From Mobula hypostoma (taxonomy: Eukaryota): a stretch of DNA of 64,000 bases. The position numbers and the translations under genes were made by a program. Of this stretch, positions 25,395 through 38,128 are shown one piece after another (the first letter of the stretch is position 1; each line of letters begins with the position of its first letter). The stretch lies in assembly GCF_963921235.1 (NCBI RefSeq), contig NC_086097.1, positions 242,856,001-242,920,000 of the forward strand. Reading direction: 5' to 3'. The notes beneath the pieces were generated by a model. The model was not told the origin of the DNA. It made no database searches and saw nothing but the letters and a program-made list of their open reading frames with translations.

Positions 25395-25697
25395 TTGGCG
25401 AGTGGCCAAGCGGTTAGGGCGTTCGTCTAGTGATCTGAAGGTCGCTAGTTCGAGCCTTGGCTGAGGCAACGTGTGTGCCCTTGAGCAAAGCACTTAACCA
25501 CACATTGCTATGCGACGACACCAGTGCCAAGCTGTATCAGCCCTACTGCCCTTCCCTTGGACAACATCAGTGGTGTGGAGAGGGGGGACTTGCAGCATGG
25601 TCAACTGCTGGTCTTCCATACAACCTTGCCCAGGCCTGCGCCCTGGAAACCTCCCAAGGCACAAATCCATGGTCTCACGAGACTAACGGAAGCCTAT
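25395..25697 (+). mobile_element. tRNA-derived SINE (second family) nested in a minus-strand HE1-like SINE
   Basis: gtggccaagcggttagg...agttcgagcc head. Related minus-strand copies at about 61205-61512 and 45975-46185. Confidence 0.75.
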
Positions 25698-26746
25698 ATA
25701 CAATGACCAATTAAGCCACTAACTGGCACAGATTTTCACTGTGGGAGGAAACCAGAGCACTCGGAGGAAACCCACGTGCAAGCGGGAAGAACGTGCAAAT
25801 GTTCTCATAGAGGATGCCGAAATTGAACTATGAACTCCGACACCACAAGCTGACATAATGTCCCGCTAACTGCTCAGCTACCATGCACTGATACAAAAAG
25901 ACCAGATATGTGACTCCCTAAATTTTGTTGTGATGGGTTGTTAGTCTACTTGCTAGGTTAGAGGGTTGTGAGGTGCTTTAAGACATATCTCAGCAGATGA
26001 AACAGCAAAATGCAAAACTGTAGTATTTATAGCATCACACACAAAATGCTAGAAGAAATCAATGGGTCAGGCAACACTGATGAAAGTTATTGGCCTATTA
26101 ATTGAGTTCTCAAAATGAATCTCATTAACTATTTCAAACTAATTCCAGAAATCACATCATTAATATGAATCCTTCAACATGAAGGAGATATTTATCACCG
26201 TCACTATTTAATTTGATAAGAGATATAAAACACTGAAACTATATGGATTATTTAAAGCAACACACACTAAATGCTGGAGGAACTCAGCAGTCAGGCAGTG
26301 TCCATGGAAATGAGTAAGTAGTTGACATTTTGGGCTGAGACCCTTCTTCAGGACTGGAAAGGAAGGGGGAAGATGCTAGAATAAAAAGGTGGGGCGAGAG
26401 GAAGGGGGATTGCTGGAACATGACAGGTGAAGCCAGGCGGGTGGGAAAGGTAAAGGGGTTGGAGAAGAAATAATCTGATAGGAGAGGAGAGTGGACAATA
26501 GGAAAGAGAGGAGAAGGAGGGGACCCGGGTAAGTAAAAAAGAAGTAGAAGGTCAGAGTGGGGATTAAAGGTAGGGGGTGGTGGTGGAAATTTTTGTTCAC
26601 TGAAAGGCATGGTAGCATTGCAGTTAGTGTTAGGCTTTATAGAGCCAGTGATAAGAGACTGGGGTTCAGTTCCTGCCACTGTCTATAAGGAGCTTATGCA
26701 ATTCTGATTTATTTATCACATGTGAATATAGTGAAATGTGCCATTT

Positions 26747-27278
26747 ACAGTGCTGTGTAGAAGTCTTATGTGCTTATGTATAGCTAGGGAGCCAAAGCCT
26801 TTTGTACAGTACAGTTTTGTCAATGTGGAGTGGACAGCCAGTTTGTAAATCTGACGGGAGCAAAGGGTTTTGGAAATAGTGCTGGTGAAGTGCCACGGGC
26901 GGGCGTGTGAGACCGGTGGCAGAGAGGGAGTGTCAGGGGCTGTGGGTGGTGCGGGTGCAGACACACCCAGTTCTGAGACACCAGGCAAGGTCATTTGATT
27001 CCAAACAACTGGTTTATTGCTCATGACAGAATTACTCCCCGGTGCTTCCCGCTCCTTCCCCTTTTCCCACACCCCAATTCCTCTCTCCCTGTCCCCTTCC
27101 TACTCTCAGTCCACAATAGAGACCTATATCAGAATCAGATTTATCACATATGTCATGAAATTCTTTTTTCTTCTGTGGCAGCAGTACAGTGCAATATATA
27201 AAATTGCTACAGTGCTGTACAGAAGTCTGAGACACTCTAGCTATATATATGTGCCTAAGTCTTTAGCACGGTACTGCA
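26747..27278. mobile_element. Composite repeat bounded by about 70 bp Tc1-like mini-MITEs
   Basis: cagt.ctgt..a.aagtct...ttt.g.aca.gtac units at both ends; body and right-hand mini-MITE repeated at about 59035-59463. Confidence 0.55.
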
Positions 27279-27817
27279 AATATGCTCATGAACCTGAATT
27301 GCTTACAGGAATTTTAATTCAGTCAGAGAGTCTGAGAGAATACATGGATGATGGTTCAGTAAGGGTTCGTAAGCTCTGGGCATGCTATGCTTGTGCTGGA
27401 AGCATGACAACACTTGCAAGCTGTCCCATCACAATCTCAAACTGTGTTGTCGATACATTTCACTGTCAAGTAAGGCTAATCTAAGCCTAAATCTAATGTG
27501 TCTTAGAAGTGGTCACCCTGCCGCCAAAGGAACAACAACCAGAGAGGGACTGTGTGAATACCACGTAGACAGATAGCCAGGCCAAACTCAAAGTGTATCT
27601 CATTACTAAAGAGTTTCCCTGGATTGGAAAACACTGGGAACAAATGTATATCTGAGGAGCCCAGCCACAGCCTAAACACACCACACTGTGGCTGGCCCTG
27701 CTGAGCATTAAGAGAGGGTCAAGTGTCCAAGGGCAATAGTGCACTACAGAGATCTACGGCGGTGGCTGGATATGCGAGTCCTGGATGCGGAATTAGCTCA
27801 CTGTTCTCTAGGCCTAG

Positions 27818-29382
27818 AATAAGACCATAGGACCATAAGATATAGGAGCACAATTAGGCCATTTGATCCATCCAGTCTGCTCTACCATTTCATCATGGCT
27901 GATCCATTTTTCCTCTCTGCCTTCTCCTCTTATCCCTTCATGCCTGACTAATCAGGAATCTATCAAACTCTGCCTTAAATATACAAAATTACTTGCCCTC
28001 ACAGCTGCCTGTGGCAATGAATTCCACAGATTCACCACTCCCTAGCTAAAGAAATTCCTCCTCTTTTCCATTCAAAAAGGATGCCCCTATATTTTGAAGC
28101 TGTGTCCTCTAGTCTTAGACTCCTCCACCATAGTTAACATCCTCTCCACACCAACTCTATTGAGGCCTTTCACCATTCGATACGTTTCAATTAGGTCACT
28201 CCTCATTCTTCTGAATTCTAGTGATTACAGGCCCAGAGCCATCAAACACTCCTCATACGACAAGCCATTCAATCCAGGAATCATTTTTGTGAACCTCCTT
28301 TGAACACTCTCCAGTCTCGGCTCATCCTTTCTAACTAAGTAAGGGGCCCAAACCTGCTCACAGTACTCCAAATGAGGCTTCACCAGTGCTTTATAAATTC
28401 TTAACATTACATCCTTGCTTTTATATTCTAGTCCTCTTGAAATGAATGTTAACATCGCTGTTGCCTTCCTCACCACAGGCACCACCTGCAAATCAACCTT
28501 TATGGAATCTTGCATGAGGACTTCCAAGTCTCTTTGCACCTGGTCAACCCTTTAATTTCTGCTACCAAAGTGCATGACAATACACTTTCAGATACAGTAT
28601 TCTATCTGCCATTTCTTTGCCCAACACTCACAACACGCTGGAGGAAATCAACAGGTCGGGCAACATCCGTGGAAAAGATCGGTCGATGTTTCGGGCCGGA
28701 ACCCTACGTCAGGACTGAAGGGGGAAGGGGCAGAGGCCCTATAAAGAAGGTGGGGGGAGGGTGGGAAGGAGAAGGCTGGTTGGTTCCAGGTGAAAAACCA
28801 GTAAGGGGAAAGATAAAGGGGTGGGAGAGGGGAAGCAGGGAGGGGATAGGCAGGAAAGATGAAGAAGGAATAGGGGAAAACACGATGGGTAGTAGGAGGC
28901 GGAACCATGAGGGAGGAGGTAGGCAGCTGGGGGAGGGGGCAGAGTGACATAGGGATAGGGGAAGGGAGGGGGAGGGAATTACCGGAAGTTGGAGAATTCT
29001 ATGTTCATACCAAAGGGCTGGAGCTTTAACTTCCGGTTCCTCTCTACTTCCTCAAAACCACCTGCCCCGCCACCTATCTTCCCATCATCCATAAAGTGGA
29101 CAACAAAACTATCAATTCCATCATACAAGTCATTGACATATAATGTAAAAAGAAGTGGTCACAACACAGATTCCTGTGGAACACCACTAGTCACCAGCGG
29201 CCAGTCAGGAAAGGGCCACTTTATTCCCACTATTTGCTTCCTGCCAATCAGCCTCTGCTTTATCCATGCTAATATTTTTCCTGTAATGCTATGTTTTCTT
29301 TAATGTGTTAAGCAGCCTCATGTGTGGCACCTTGTCAAGGGCCTACTGAAAATCTCAGTACACAACATCCACCGATTCTCCT
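27818..29382 (-). mobile_element. CR1 RT fragment interrupted by a Penelope-type repeat (about 28625-29023)
   Basis: RDLEVLMQDS...LVKPHLEYCEQ; gaccata tail at left. Confidence 0.85.
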
Positions 29383-29681
29383 AGGATGTCACTAGGTATT
29401 CAAAGGTGGCAGGATAAACAGGCAGATTCAGAATCACTGATGATATATCATGAAATTGGCTGGACTGATTTTTTCTTCTCTCTAGAGATGGTGGAGGGGG
29501 TTGTACCTGTGGTGGAGCTGGAGGAGTCTGGAAAACTCTGCAGCCTCACTCAGTTCTACGCATTGATGTATCCATACCGAGCTGTGATGCAACCAGTCAG
29601 AATCCACTCCACTGCAGATCTGTCCAATTTGCTTGAGTCTTCAATGACATATCAAATCTCCTCAAACTCCTAAGGGAAGTG

Positions 29682-30303
29682 TGAGGGGTGATTGATAAGT
29701 TCGTGGCCTAAGGTAGAAGGGGTCAATTTTAGAAAACCTAGCACATATATTTTTCCTACATTTACACATTTAATCCAGCGGTTGTGGAGCATACAGATCC
29801 CTTCTTTGTAGAAGTTGGCGTCTTGGACCTCCAGAAAGTGGTCCACAGCATTGGTGATTGATAAGTTCGTGGCTTAAGGTAGGAGGAGATGAGTTATTAA
29901 CTTTAAACTTTCTGTATTTTCACTCTGAGTTGAACTGCGTGTGCATGTAACAAGAACTGTATAACTCATCTCCTTCTACCCAAGGCCACAAACTTATCAA
30001 TCACCCCTGCTGTGGACCACCTGGAGGTCCAAGATGCTCTCGTTACATGCGCGTGCAGTTCAACTCTTTGAGTGATTATGCAGAAAGTTTGAAGTTAATA
30101 ACTCATCTCCTTCTGCCTCAGGCCACAAACTTACTAATCACCCCTGCTGTGGATCACTTCTACAAAGAAGGGATCCGTATGTTCCACGACCGCTGGACTA
30201 AGTGTGTGCATGTAGGAGGGGACTATATTGAGAAATAAATGCGCTAGGTTTTCTAAAATTGACTCTTTCTACCTCAGGCCACGAACTTATCAATCACCCC
30301 TTG
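29682..30303. mobile_element. Mariner-derived near-palindromic MITE
   Basis: TIR gaggggtgattgataagttcgtggcct at both ends and internally; TA on the right; FYKEGIRMFHDRWTKCVHVGGDYIEK is a mariner transposase C-terminus. Confidence 0.85.
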
Positions 30304-30574
30304 TATAGCCTTCTTTGTGGTGGCATCAATGGGTTTAACCCAGGACAGATCCTCTGAGATGGTGACACTTGGGAACCTGAAACTGCTTATCCTTTCCACT
30401 GTTGACTCCACGATGAAGATTGGAAGATTCCAACTGCTCCTTCCAGAAATCAGCTAGCAGTTCCTCGGTCTTATCAGAGATTATGGCACACATTGCTATT
30501 AACTGCATTGATAAGAAGCAAGTTAAGACCCATGCAACATGACTCTAGGTAGCTGGCTAGCAGATAATAAAATA

Positions 30575-31710
30575 TTGAATTGACTTTATTTATTTATTTC
30601 TTACATCCTTCACATACACGAGGAGTAAGAATCTTTACATTACGTCTCCGTCTAAATGCGCAATGTGCCATCATAAGTAATTTACAATAATTTATAGTAA
30701 ACAGAACAGCCAATGTAACATAGAAATACACTCAGATCAGCGTGAGTTAATCAGTCTGATGGCCTGGTGGAAGAAGCTGTCCCAGACGCTGTTTGTCCTG
30801 GCTTTTATGCTGCGGTACCATTTCCCAGATGGTAGCAGCTGGAATAGATTGTGATTGGGGTGACTCGGGTCCCCAATGATCCTATGGGCCCCTTTTACAC
30901 ACCTGTCTTTGTAAATGTCCTGAATCATGGGAAGTTCACAACTACAGATGCGCTGGGCTGTCCGCACCACCCTCTGCAGAGTCCTGCGATTAAGGGAGGT
31001 ACAGTTCTCATACCAGGCAGTGATGCAGCCAGTCAGGATGCTCTCAATTGTGCTCCTGTAGAAAGTTCTTGGGATTTGGGCACCCATACCAAACTTCCTC
31101 AACCGTCTGAGCTGAAAGAGGCTGTATGAGAATTATAAAAACAAGAGGATAACCAACGAAACAGCAGAACTCATTGTGGACCAATAGTTTAATCCGTGCA
31201 CAGGGCCAGAAGGTGAAAGTGAGAAGTCTTAGCATTTCTGTTTTCAAGACGTAGAGCCTCTTTGTGAGTACAGATGTACATCGTCCAGCTCTCTTCAGCC
31301 TCCTCAGAAAGCAAAGGTGCTGGTGAGTTTTCTTGGCTGTGTTGGATGTTTTCTGAGACCGTGAGAGACTGTGTGAGGTGAGCATTTCCAGGTGTCTGAA
31401 GCTACTCGGTTTCTTCTGCTGTGCTGCTGATGTAAGTGGGGCGGGGGGACAGGGCTGGTGTGAGCGGTGCGAGTTCTCCTGGTTGATAAGCATCTTGTTG
31501 ACATTAAAGAGGTTAATTGCCTGGCATCAGGCCTCAAACTCTCCCACTTCCTCTCTGTAGGCCGTTTCGTCTTTGTTGGTGATGAGCCCCACCACTGCGT
31601 GTCACCGGTGACCTTTACAATGTGATTACTCAGGTGTTTGGCTGTGCAGTCAGGATGATGACCGGCAGAGTTAGGAGCGATTGTGCATCCTGACTATTTG
31701 AGGTCTATTG
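30575..31710 (-). mobile_element. Two Rex1/Babar LINE 3' fragments
   Basis: FYRSTIESILTGCITAWY...LPSGKWYRSIKART and HQHLCFLRRLKRAG. Confidence 0.8.
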
Positions 31711-31761
31711 TACAAAGTTTTCTCTATCACAAGGAAACAACAAACTCACTGTCTGAATTAC

Positions 31762-31792
31762 TCTATTTTACTTGAAATTACTATTAAGATAT
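31762..31792 (-). CDS. Putative SEFIR-like gene, micro-exon 6 (ILIVISSKI[E])
   Basis: Strong acceptor ttttaatatttgtttttag, donor AGA|gtaatt; 31 nt, phase 1 to 2. A competing gtgagt donor 12 nt downstream would include a stop. Confidence 0.45.
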
Positions 31793-32037
31793 CTAAAAAC
31801 AAATATTAAAATATTTTGTATTTTGGAACATCCACAATATTAAATTCCAGCCACTCAACATGAAAAGAACTACTGATGCTTATTATAAATACTACAACCA
31901 TTACATCTTTATTATGAACATCACGTTTTTATACATGCATAAATACAGTACATCTTTCTTCCCTCCCTTCAGTCTACTTTCAGATATTAACTTCTGGAGC
32001 TCCACTGTTCTCTATTTCACTTTTTAGTTTGCATACA

Positions 32038-32511
32038 CACTCAGTCGCCACTTTATTAGCTACACCTGCTCATTAATGCAAATATCTGGTCAGCCAATCA
32101 TGTAGCAGCAACTCAATGCATAAAAGCATGCAGACGTGGTCAAGAGATTCATTTGCTGTTCAGACCAATCATCAGGATGGGAAAGGAATGTGACCTAAGT
32201 GACTTTGATCGTGGAATGATTGTTGGTGCCAGACAGGGTCATTTCAGTATCTCAGAAACTTGCTGATTTTCACACACAACACTCTCTACAGTTTACAGAG
32301 AATGGTGCTAATGAGAGAGGTCAGAGGAGAATGGCCAGTCTGGTTCAAGCTGACAGGAAGGTGACAGTAACTCAATTAACCATGTGTTATGACAGTGGTG
32401 TGCAGAACAGCATCTCTGAATGCTCAACATGTCAATCCTTGAACTGGATGGGCTACAGCAGCAGATCACACAGGGTTTGACTCCTGTACCTAATAATGTG
32501 GCCACTGAGTG
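32038..32511 (+). mobile_element. Tc1-like non-autonomous element, copy 1
   Basis: TIR consensus cactcagtggccactttattaggtac; TA on the right; GQRRMASLVQADRK HTH remnant. Confidence 0.85.
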
Positions 32512-33434
32512 TACTTCAAGTGATTGGATGGGATAAATTGCAGCACATTATTTTAAACCCCTTTGTAGAAATATGATATTTACCGGAGCAATACAATTCT
32601 TAATTGGATTGAACAGTTTTCCAGTTTAATAGGAAAAGACAGTGCTTCATAATATTAACAATTGGCATTAGCAAAACTTTATTTTTCTTTAAAAACAGTC
32701 TGTAGCATAATGGTGTAATAGTGCACAAAACACAAACAGTTTGTCTTTCTGGAAACAAAATGCGTATCTTCATTCAATGTGATTTAATCTTTCAACGCTG
32801 TTGACAATATCTGTCCTAACATGCATTGTAATGAAAATCTTAAACTACTAATGGACCAGGAATTACTGCTACTAATTTTTGAGTGGTAACCACGTTCACG
32901 TCGATGACTATTACAAAGTATACTCAAGCAAAGTGTTTCTCTATGAGATTACTGCTTGGTAACTATTTCTATGCATTTGTTCTTCTCTCTCATGGCTATT
33001 TAACAATTCTGTTAGAGAGTAGTGAAAACAACTAGTAGAAAACTTAGAAAACCAAGATAGAAAAAAATACTTTCATTCATTCAGAGTACTGAAACTTTTG
33101 AAATTAAAAAAATTTTAAAAATGATTCTACAAACAGAAACCACAATTACTGTAGAATCTTTTTCGACAAGTGCAAATGCATAAAAATATTTTAGAGCCTA
33201 TTGAGTGTTCAGAGAAGTGGTCTGATAAACAGTTCAAGTCCCAAATATGTTAAACAGCACCAGTACTATAGAGTTAGCCAAACACTGAGGTCACTTGGAT
33301 TTACTTAAAATAAAGTGGTTAAGGAGAAAATTAAAAGAAAAAAACCCAGCAGAGATGGAGATAACAGGAAGTGGTAGAAGCAGAGGCGATGACTAAGGAC
33401 CAGATGATAGAGTTGAAAGAAATCAGACAGAGAC

Positions 33435-34115
33435 CATTACAGCACAGTTCAGGGCTTTGGCCCACAATTTGTGCTGACCTTTTAACCTACTCTAAAATCA
33501 ATCTACCCCTTCCCTTCCACATAACAATCCACTTTTCGATGATCCATGTACCTAACAGTCTCTGAAATGCCCCTCTACCGTCACCCAAGGCAACGTGTTC
33601 CACACACCCACCACTCTTTGTGTAGAAAAACCTCTGACATCCCCGCCACCCACTATTCTTTGTTCTAATCACATTAACATTATGCACCCTTGCACTTACC
33701 ATTCCATCCTGGGAAAATGTCTCTGCCTGTCCACTCAGTCTATGCCTCTTATCATCTTGTACACTTCCATCAAGTCACCTCTTACCCTCCTTCACTTCAA
33801 AGAGAATAGCCCGAGCTTGCTTGACGTATTCTCATAAGACATTTTCTGCAATCCAGGCAAATCTCCTCGGTACCTTCTCTGAAGCTTCCATATCCTTCCT
33901 ATAATGAGGTGACCAGAACTGAACGCAGTATTCCAAGTGTGGTTGAACCAACGTTTTATAGAGCTGCAACATTACCTCCTGGCATTTGAACTCAAAAGTC
34001 CTACCAATGTGGCCAACACACCATACGCCCTCTTAGTAACCCTTTCAACGCGTGCAGCAACTTTGAGGACGTGGACCCCAACATCCCTTTGTTTTTGCAC
34101 ACTGCTAAGAACCCT
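33435..34115 (-). mobile_element. CR1 3' fragment
   Basis: gaccagaactgaacgcagtattccaagtgtgg and the typical CR1 3' end. Confidence 0.8.
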
Positions 34116-34613
34116 TCAAAATTGGTTCTGAATTTAATCACCAATTTTCATCTTTTCAATCAAGGTTAGCAGATTTCAGATACGATTTCATAAACATGGT
34201 ATTATGAAATTTTTATCGGGTATTCCATCTCAAAAAAATATCAATTAATTTTGAGGAATTTCTTCTTTTACTTTCATTTGCAATGGGGAGGGTAATGAAA
34301 ATTCAAACTTCTGGCAAACATTTAATGAAGAGATGATATTCAGTACCTTGGCCATTGTTGTGTAAAACAACCTAAGCTTTATTGAACCTTCAAATTCACT
34401 TTGTTGAATCTAATTCATCCCTTGAGTTAAAGAGAACCCATTGTTAAAAGTTATGACTCATGTTAATCTATGGTAACAGATAACACACCATCAGTACATA
34501 TTATTGACAACGATCAGAACTAACTGCTCATCTTCATGACTCAAGCCTGCAAAGTCTGGCAATCTCATCTCTGATCAGACGGCTAAAAGAAGGGATGTTT
34601 CATGGCACAAATA

Positions 34614-35120
34614 CACTCGGGGGGCACTTTATTAGGTACGGCGGATCATTAATGCAAATATCAATCAGCCAATCCTGTGGCAGCAACTCAATGCATAAAA
34701 GCATGCAGACATGGTCAAGATGTTCAGTTGCGTACAGACCAAACATCAGAATGGGGAAGAAATGTGACCATTGGTGCCAGATTGGGTGGTTTGAGTATCT
34801 CAGAAACTGCCGATCTCCTGGGATGTTCATACTTAACATTCTCTGGAGTTTATAGAGAATGGTGCAAAAAAACAAAAAAAAATCCAGTACTTGGCAGTTC
34901 TATGGGCAAAAACACCTTGTTAATGAGAGAGGTCAGAGGAGAATGGCCTGGCAGGAAGGTGGCACAACTCAGATAACCGCGTATTACAACGTTGGTGTGC
35001 AGAAGAGCATCTCTGAATTCACAACATGTTGGACCTTGAAGTGGATGGGCGACAGCAGCAGAAGACCACGAATGCACGCTCTGTGGTAGATGAGGAACCT
35101 AATAAAGTGGCCACTGAGTG
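34614..35120 (+). mobile_element. Tc1-like non-autonomous element, copy 2
   Basis: Same TIRs; TA target duplication on both sides. Confidence 0.85.
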
Positions 35121-36574
35121 TACGTATTTTGATTATAATTTACTTTAAAGTTTGATTATAGATGTTATTGTTGTACAATGTGTAACCATCCCAAAAATAA
35201 AATGCCTCTATATCTGATGAATTTCAAAGCAGTTATACTGCATGAAAAAAAGGAGCAGGAAGCTATTTCAATGCTTTCACTGGTAATTTAGTTCGATAAT
35301 TCCTTCTTCCTCTTAATTTTTCTCTTTCCAAGTATGAGCTAGGAGTTTTCATTTCAAAGTCAAGTCAGAGGAGATGGAATTTAGTAGTGCTATTTGTCCA
35401 TTTGGATGCACTCTCTGAATATAAGACCATATAAAATGTAGGAGCAGAATTGGGCAATTTGGCCCATCAAGTCTGCTTCACCATTTCATCATGGCTGATC
35501 CATTTTTCCTCTCAGCCACAATCACCTGCCTTCTCTCCGTATCCTTTAATGCCCTGACTAATCAATAATCTATCAACCTCTGTCTTAAACATACGTAAAT
35601 ACCTGGTTTCTACGGCTGCCTGTGGCGACCAATTCCACAGATTCATCACTCCCTGGCTGAAGAAATGCCTCCTCATCTCCATTCTAAATGGACATCCCTC
35701 GATTCTGAGGCTGTGTGCTCTGGTCAGTATAACAGGATATAATCACTCTGCATTGCATATTTTGTATAGACAACAAATAGGACTGTAGGAACAAAATCGA
35801 TTCACTTCCCTCGTGTGAAGACCTGGGCAACAAAAATTCATCAGCCTCAGATTTAAAATTAACGATTGACTTACCAGCAAATCGACATGTGAGGAAGAGT
35901 TCCAAATGTGTACCATGTAAAAGTTCTTCCCAGTTTCACTCAGGAAAGACCAAACTCTTTATTTAATATTTTCTCCATGAACAATAAATGCTTCTTAAGA
36001 TGTGTTGCTCAGTACTCCTGGTGGAGTATAACCAATGCTTTGCATAATTATGACGAAATTATCCCTTTATAATCTTTGATTTTGGACATAAGGGCCAATA
36101 TTCCATTTGAAATTATCCATGACACTTCAATTATATTATCCAGATGCCACAGTTTGTTCAGTTTGTGAATAATCTTTGCAAGTCAGTGCCCCATTAACAC
36201 TAGGTACGATCTTACTCATCTTTGTGTCATTAGAGTCATGGAATACTAGAGCACAGAAACAGGCCCTTTGAGCCATAAAATTCTTGCTGAACCTTTAATC
36301 TGCATAGCACCTGGACCATATCCCCCCATCCTTGCACCAATCCAAATTCCCTTAAATGTTGAAATCGACCTATATCCACCACTTGTGCTGACTGTTCTCA
36401 CCACCCTCTGAGTGAAGAAGAACCCTCAATCTCTAGTTCTAGTCTCACCCAACCTCAGCAGAAAAAGCCTGCTTGCATTTACCCTATCTATACCCCTCAT
36501 AATTTTGTATACCTCCACCAAATCTCCCCTCAATCTTCTATGCTCTAGGGGATAAAGTCCTAACCTATTCAACC

Positions 36575-36848
36575 ATTAGGCTGAATTATCCTCCGTTCTT
36601 AGCAATTTACTTGCAAATATTTTGACACCATATGAGGAGACACCGTCAGTGCACTGTTGATTGTGTCAATGGCGACCAATATGCTGATAGATAGGTATAT
36701 AAAGGCCAAGCAGGACATGTCACAATTAACAGTGCACTGATGCTGTCTCCTCGCATGGTGACGAAGCTTTTGCAAGTAAGCTGCCAAGATCGGAGGACAA
36801 CTCAACCCAACCATCAACCACCCAAGCGACACACCTTCCGAATTATTT
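36575..36848. mobile_element. Penelope-like fold-back insertion with an 11-bp TSD inside a CR1 (about 36230-37112)
   Basis: TSD cctattcaacc at 36564-36574 and 36849-36859; about 85 bp inverted arms. Confidence 0.75.
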
Positions 36849-37395
36849 CCTATTCAACCTTTCCCTATAACTCAGGTCCTCAAATGCCAGAAACATCCTT
36901 GTAAATTTTCTCTGCACTCTCTCAATCTTATTGATATCCTTCCTGTAAGCAGGTGACCAGAACCGCACACAATACTCCAAATTAGGCCCCACTGACGTCT
37001 TATAGAACCTCAACACAACATCCTAATTCCTGTACTCAGTACTTTAATTTATGAAGGCCAACGTGCCAAAAACTTACTCGACAACTCTATCTACCTGTGA
37101 CGCCACATTCAAGAGCATGGTAGATTTGGATATGAGTCTTTTGATCTTTCGTCCAATTCAGTTAAGTGCAGTTATTAATTATAGCCTATACACTGAAACT
37201 CATGGGACCCCGTGAGTGACATTTTGTCAATTTTTCAGCCTACTTCATTCTCACCTCTTCTCTTTCTCCTGTGATTTGGTCAATTTCCTAGCCAGTTCAG
37301 TGTTCATCCATATTTTTTGTATGCAAGTTACCACATGCAGATTATATTAAATTAAAAACAAAAGGAAAACATTGCGTAATATCCACTAAAAATAC

Positions 37396-37423
37396 CTGAA
37401 TCAAACAGGTGGCTATTTGCAAG
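37396..37423 (-). CDS. Putative SEFIR-like gene, micro-exon 5 (LANSHLFDS[D])
   Basis: Acceptor cattattcctatgaaatcag, donor CAG|gtattt; 28 nt, phase 0 to 1; supplies an xLF motif like SEFIR G[DE]LF. Confidence 0.45.
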
Positions 37424-37602
37424 CTGATTTCATAGGAATAATGCATACTTCAATTCACAGAGTCATAGAAAAGTACAACAAAGAAACAGGGCCTTTGGCC
37501 CATCTCGTCCGTGCTAAACCATTTAAACTCAGAAAATAAATAAATCCAAAATGCTAGATGTTTCCTTTAGACTATGAAGTAAATTATAAAATCATATTTT
37601 TC

Positions 37603-38128
37603 CACTCAGTGGCCACTGTATTAGGTACATCTATACACCTGCTCGTTAATGGAAATATCTAATCAGCCAATCATCTGGCAGCAACTCAGAGCATAAAAAC
37701 ATGCAGACAGGGTCAAGAAAGTCAATTGTGGTTCACACCAAACATCGGAATGGGGAAGAAATGTGATCTTAAGTGACTTTGACTGTGGAATGATTTTTGG
37801 TGCTAGATGGGTGGCTTGAGTATTTCAGAAACTTTCTGACCTCCTGGGATTTCCATTCACAACAGTCCCTACTGCTTACAGAGAATGGCGCGAACAACAA
37901 AAAGCATCCAGTGAGGAGCAGTTCTGTGGGCAACAAAGCATTGTTAATGAGAGAGGTCAGAAGAGAATGGCCAGAGTGGTTCAAGGTGACGGTAACTCAA
38001 ATAACCACACGTTACAACAGTGGAGCATCTCTGAATGCACAACATGTCAATCTTTGAAGTGGATGGGCTACAGCAGCAGAGACCACACTGGGTTCCACTC
38101 CTGTACCTAATAAAGTGGCCACTGAGCG
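37603..38128 (+). mobile_element. Tc1-like non-autonomous element, copy 3
   Basis: Same TIRs and body as 32038 and 34614. Confidence 0.85.

Noticed and set aside
25395..25470. tRNA-like sequence
   Set aside because: It is the head of a SINE that continues into a repeat body; not called as a tRNA gene.
32585..33010. Other exon candidates (ALSFPIKLENCSIQLRIVLL; LLNSHEREEQMHRNSYQA)
   Set aside because: Weak splice sites or poorer fit to domain spacing than micro-exon 6; cannot be fully excluded.
37255..37340. Minus-strand frame KIWMNTELARKLTK resembling TIR helix alpha-C, with a gtgaga donor
   Set aside because: No acceptor, and the surrounding DNA reads as an old CR1 RT fragment.
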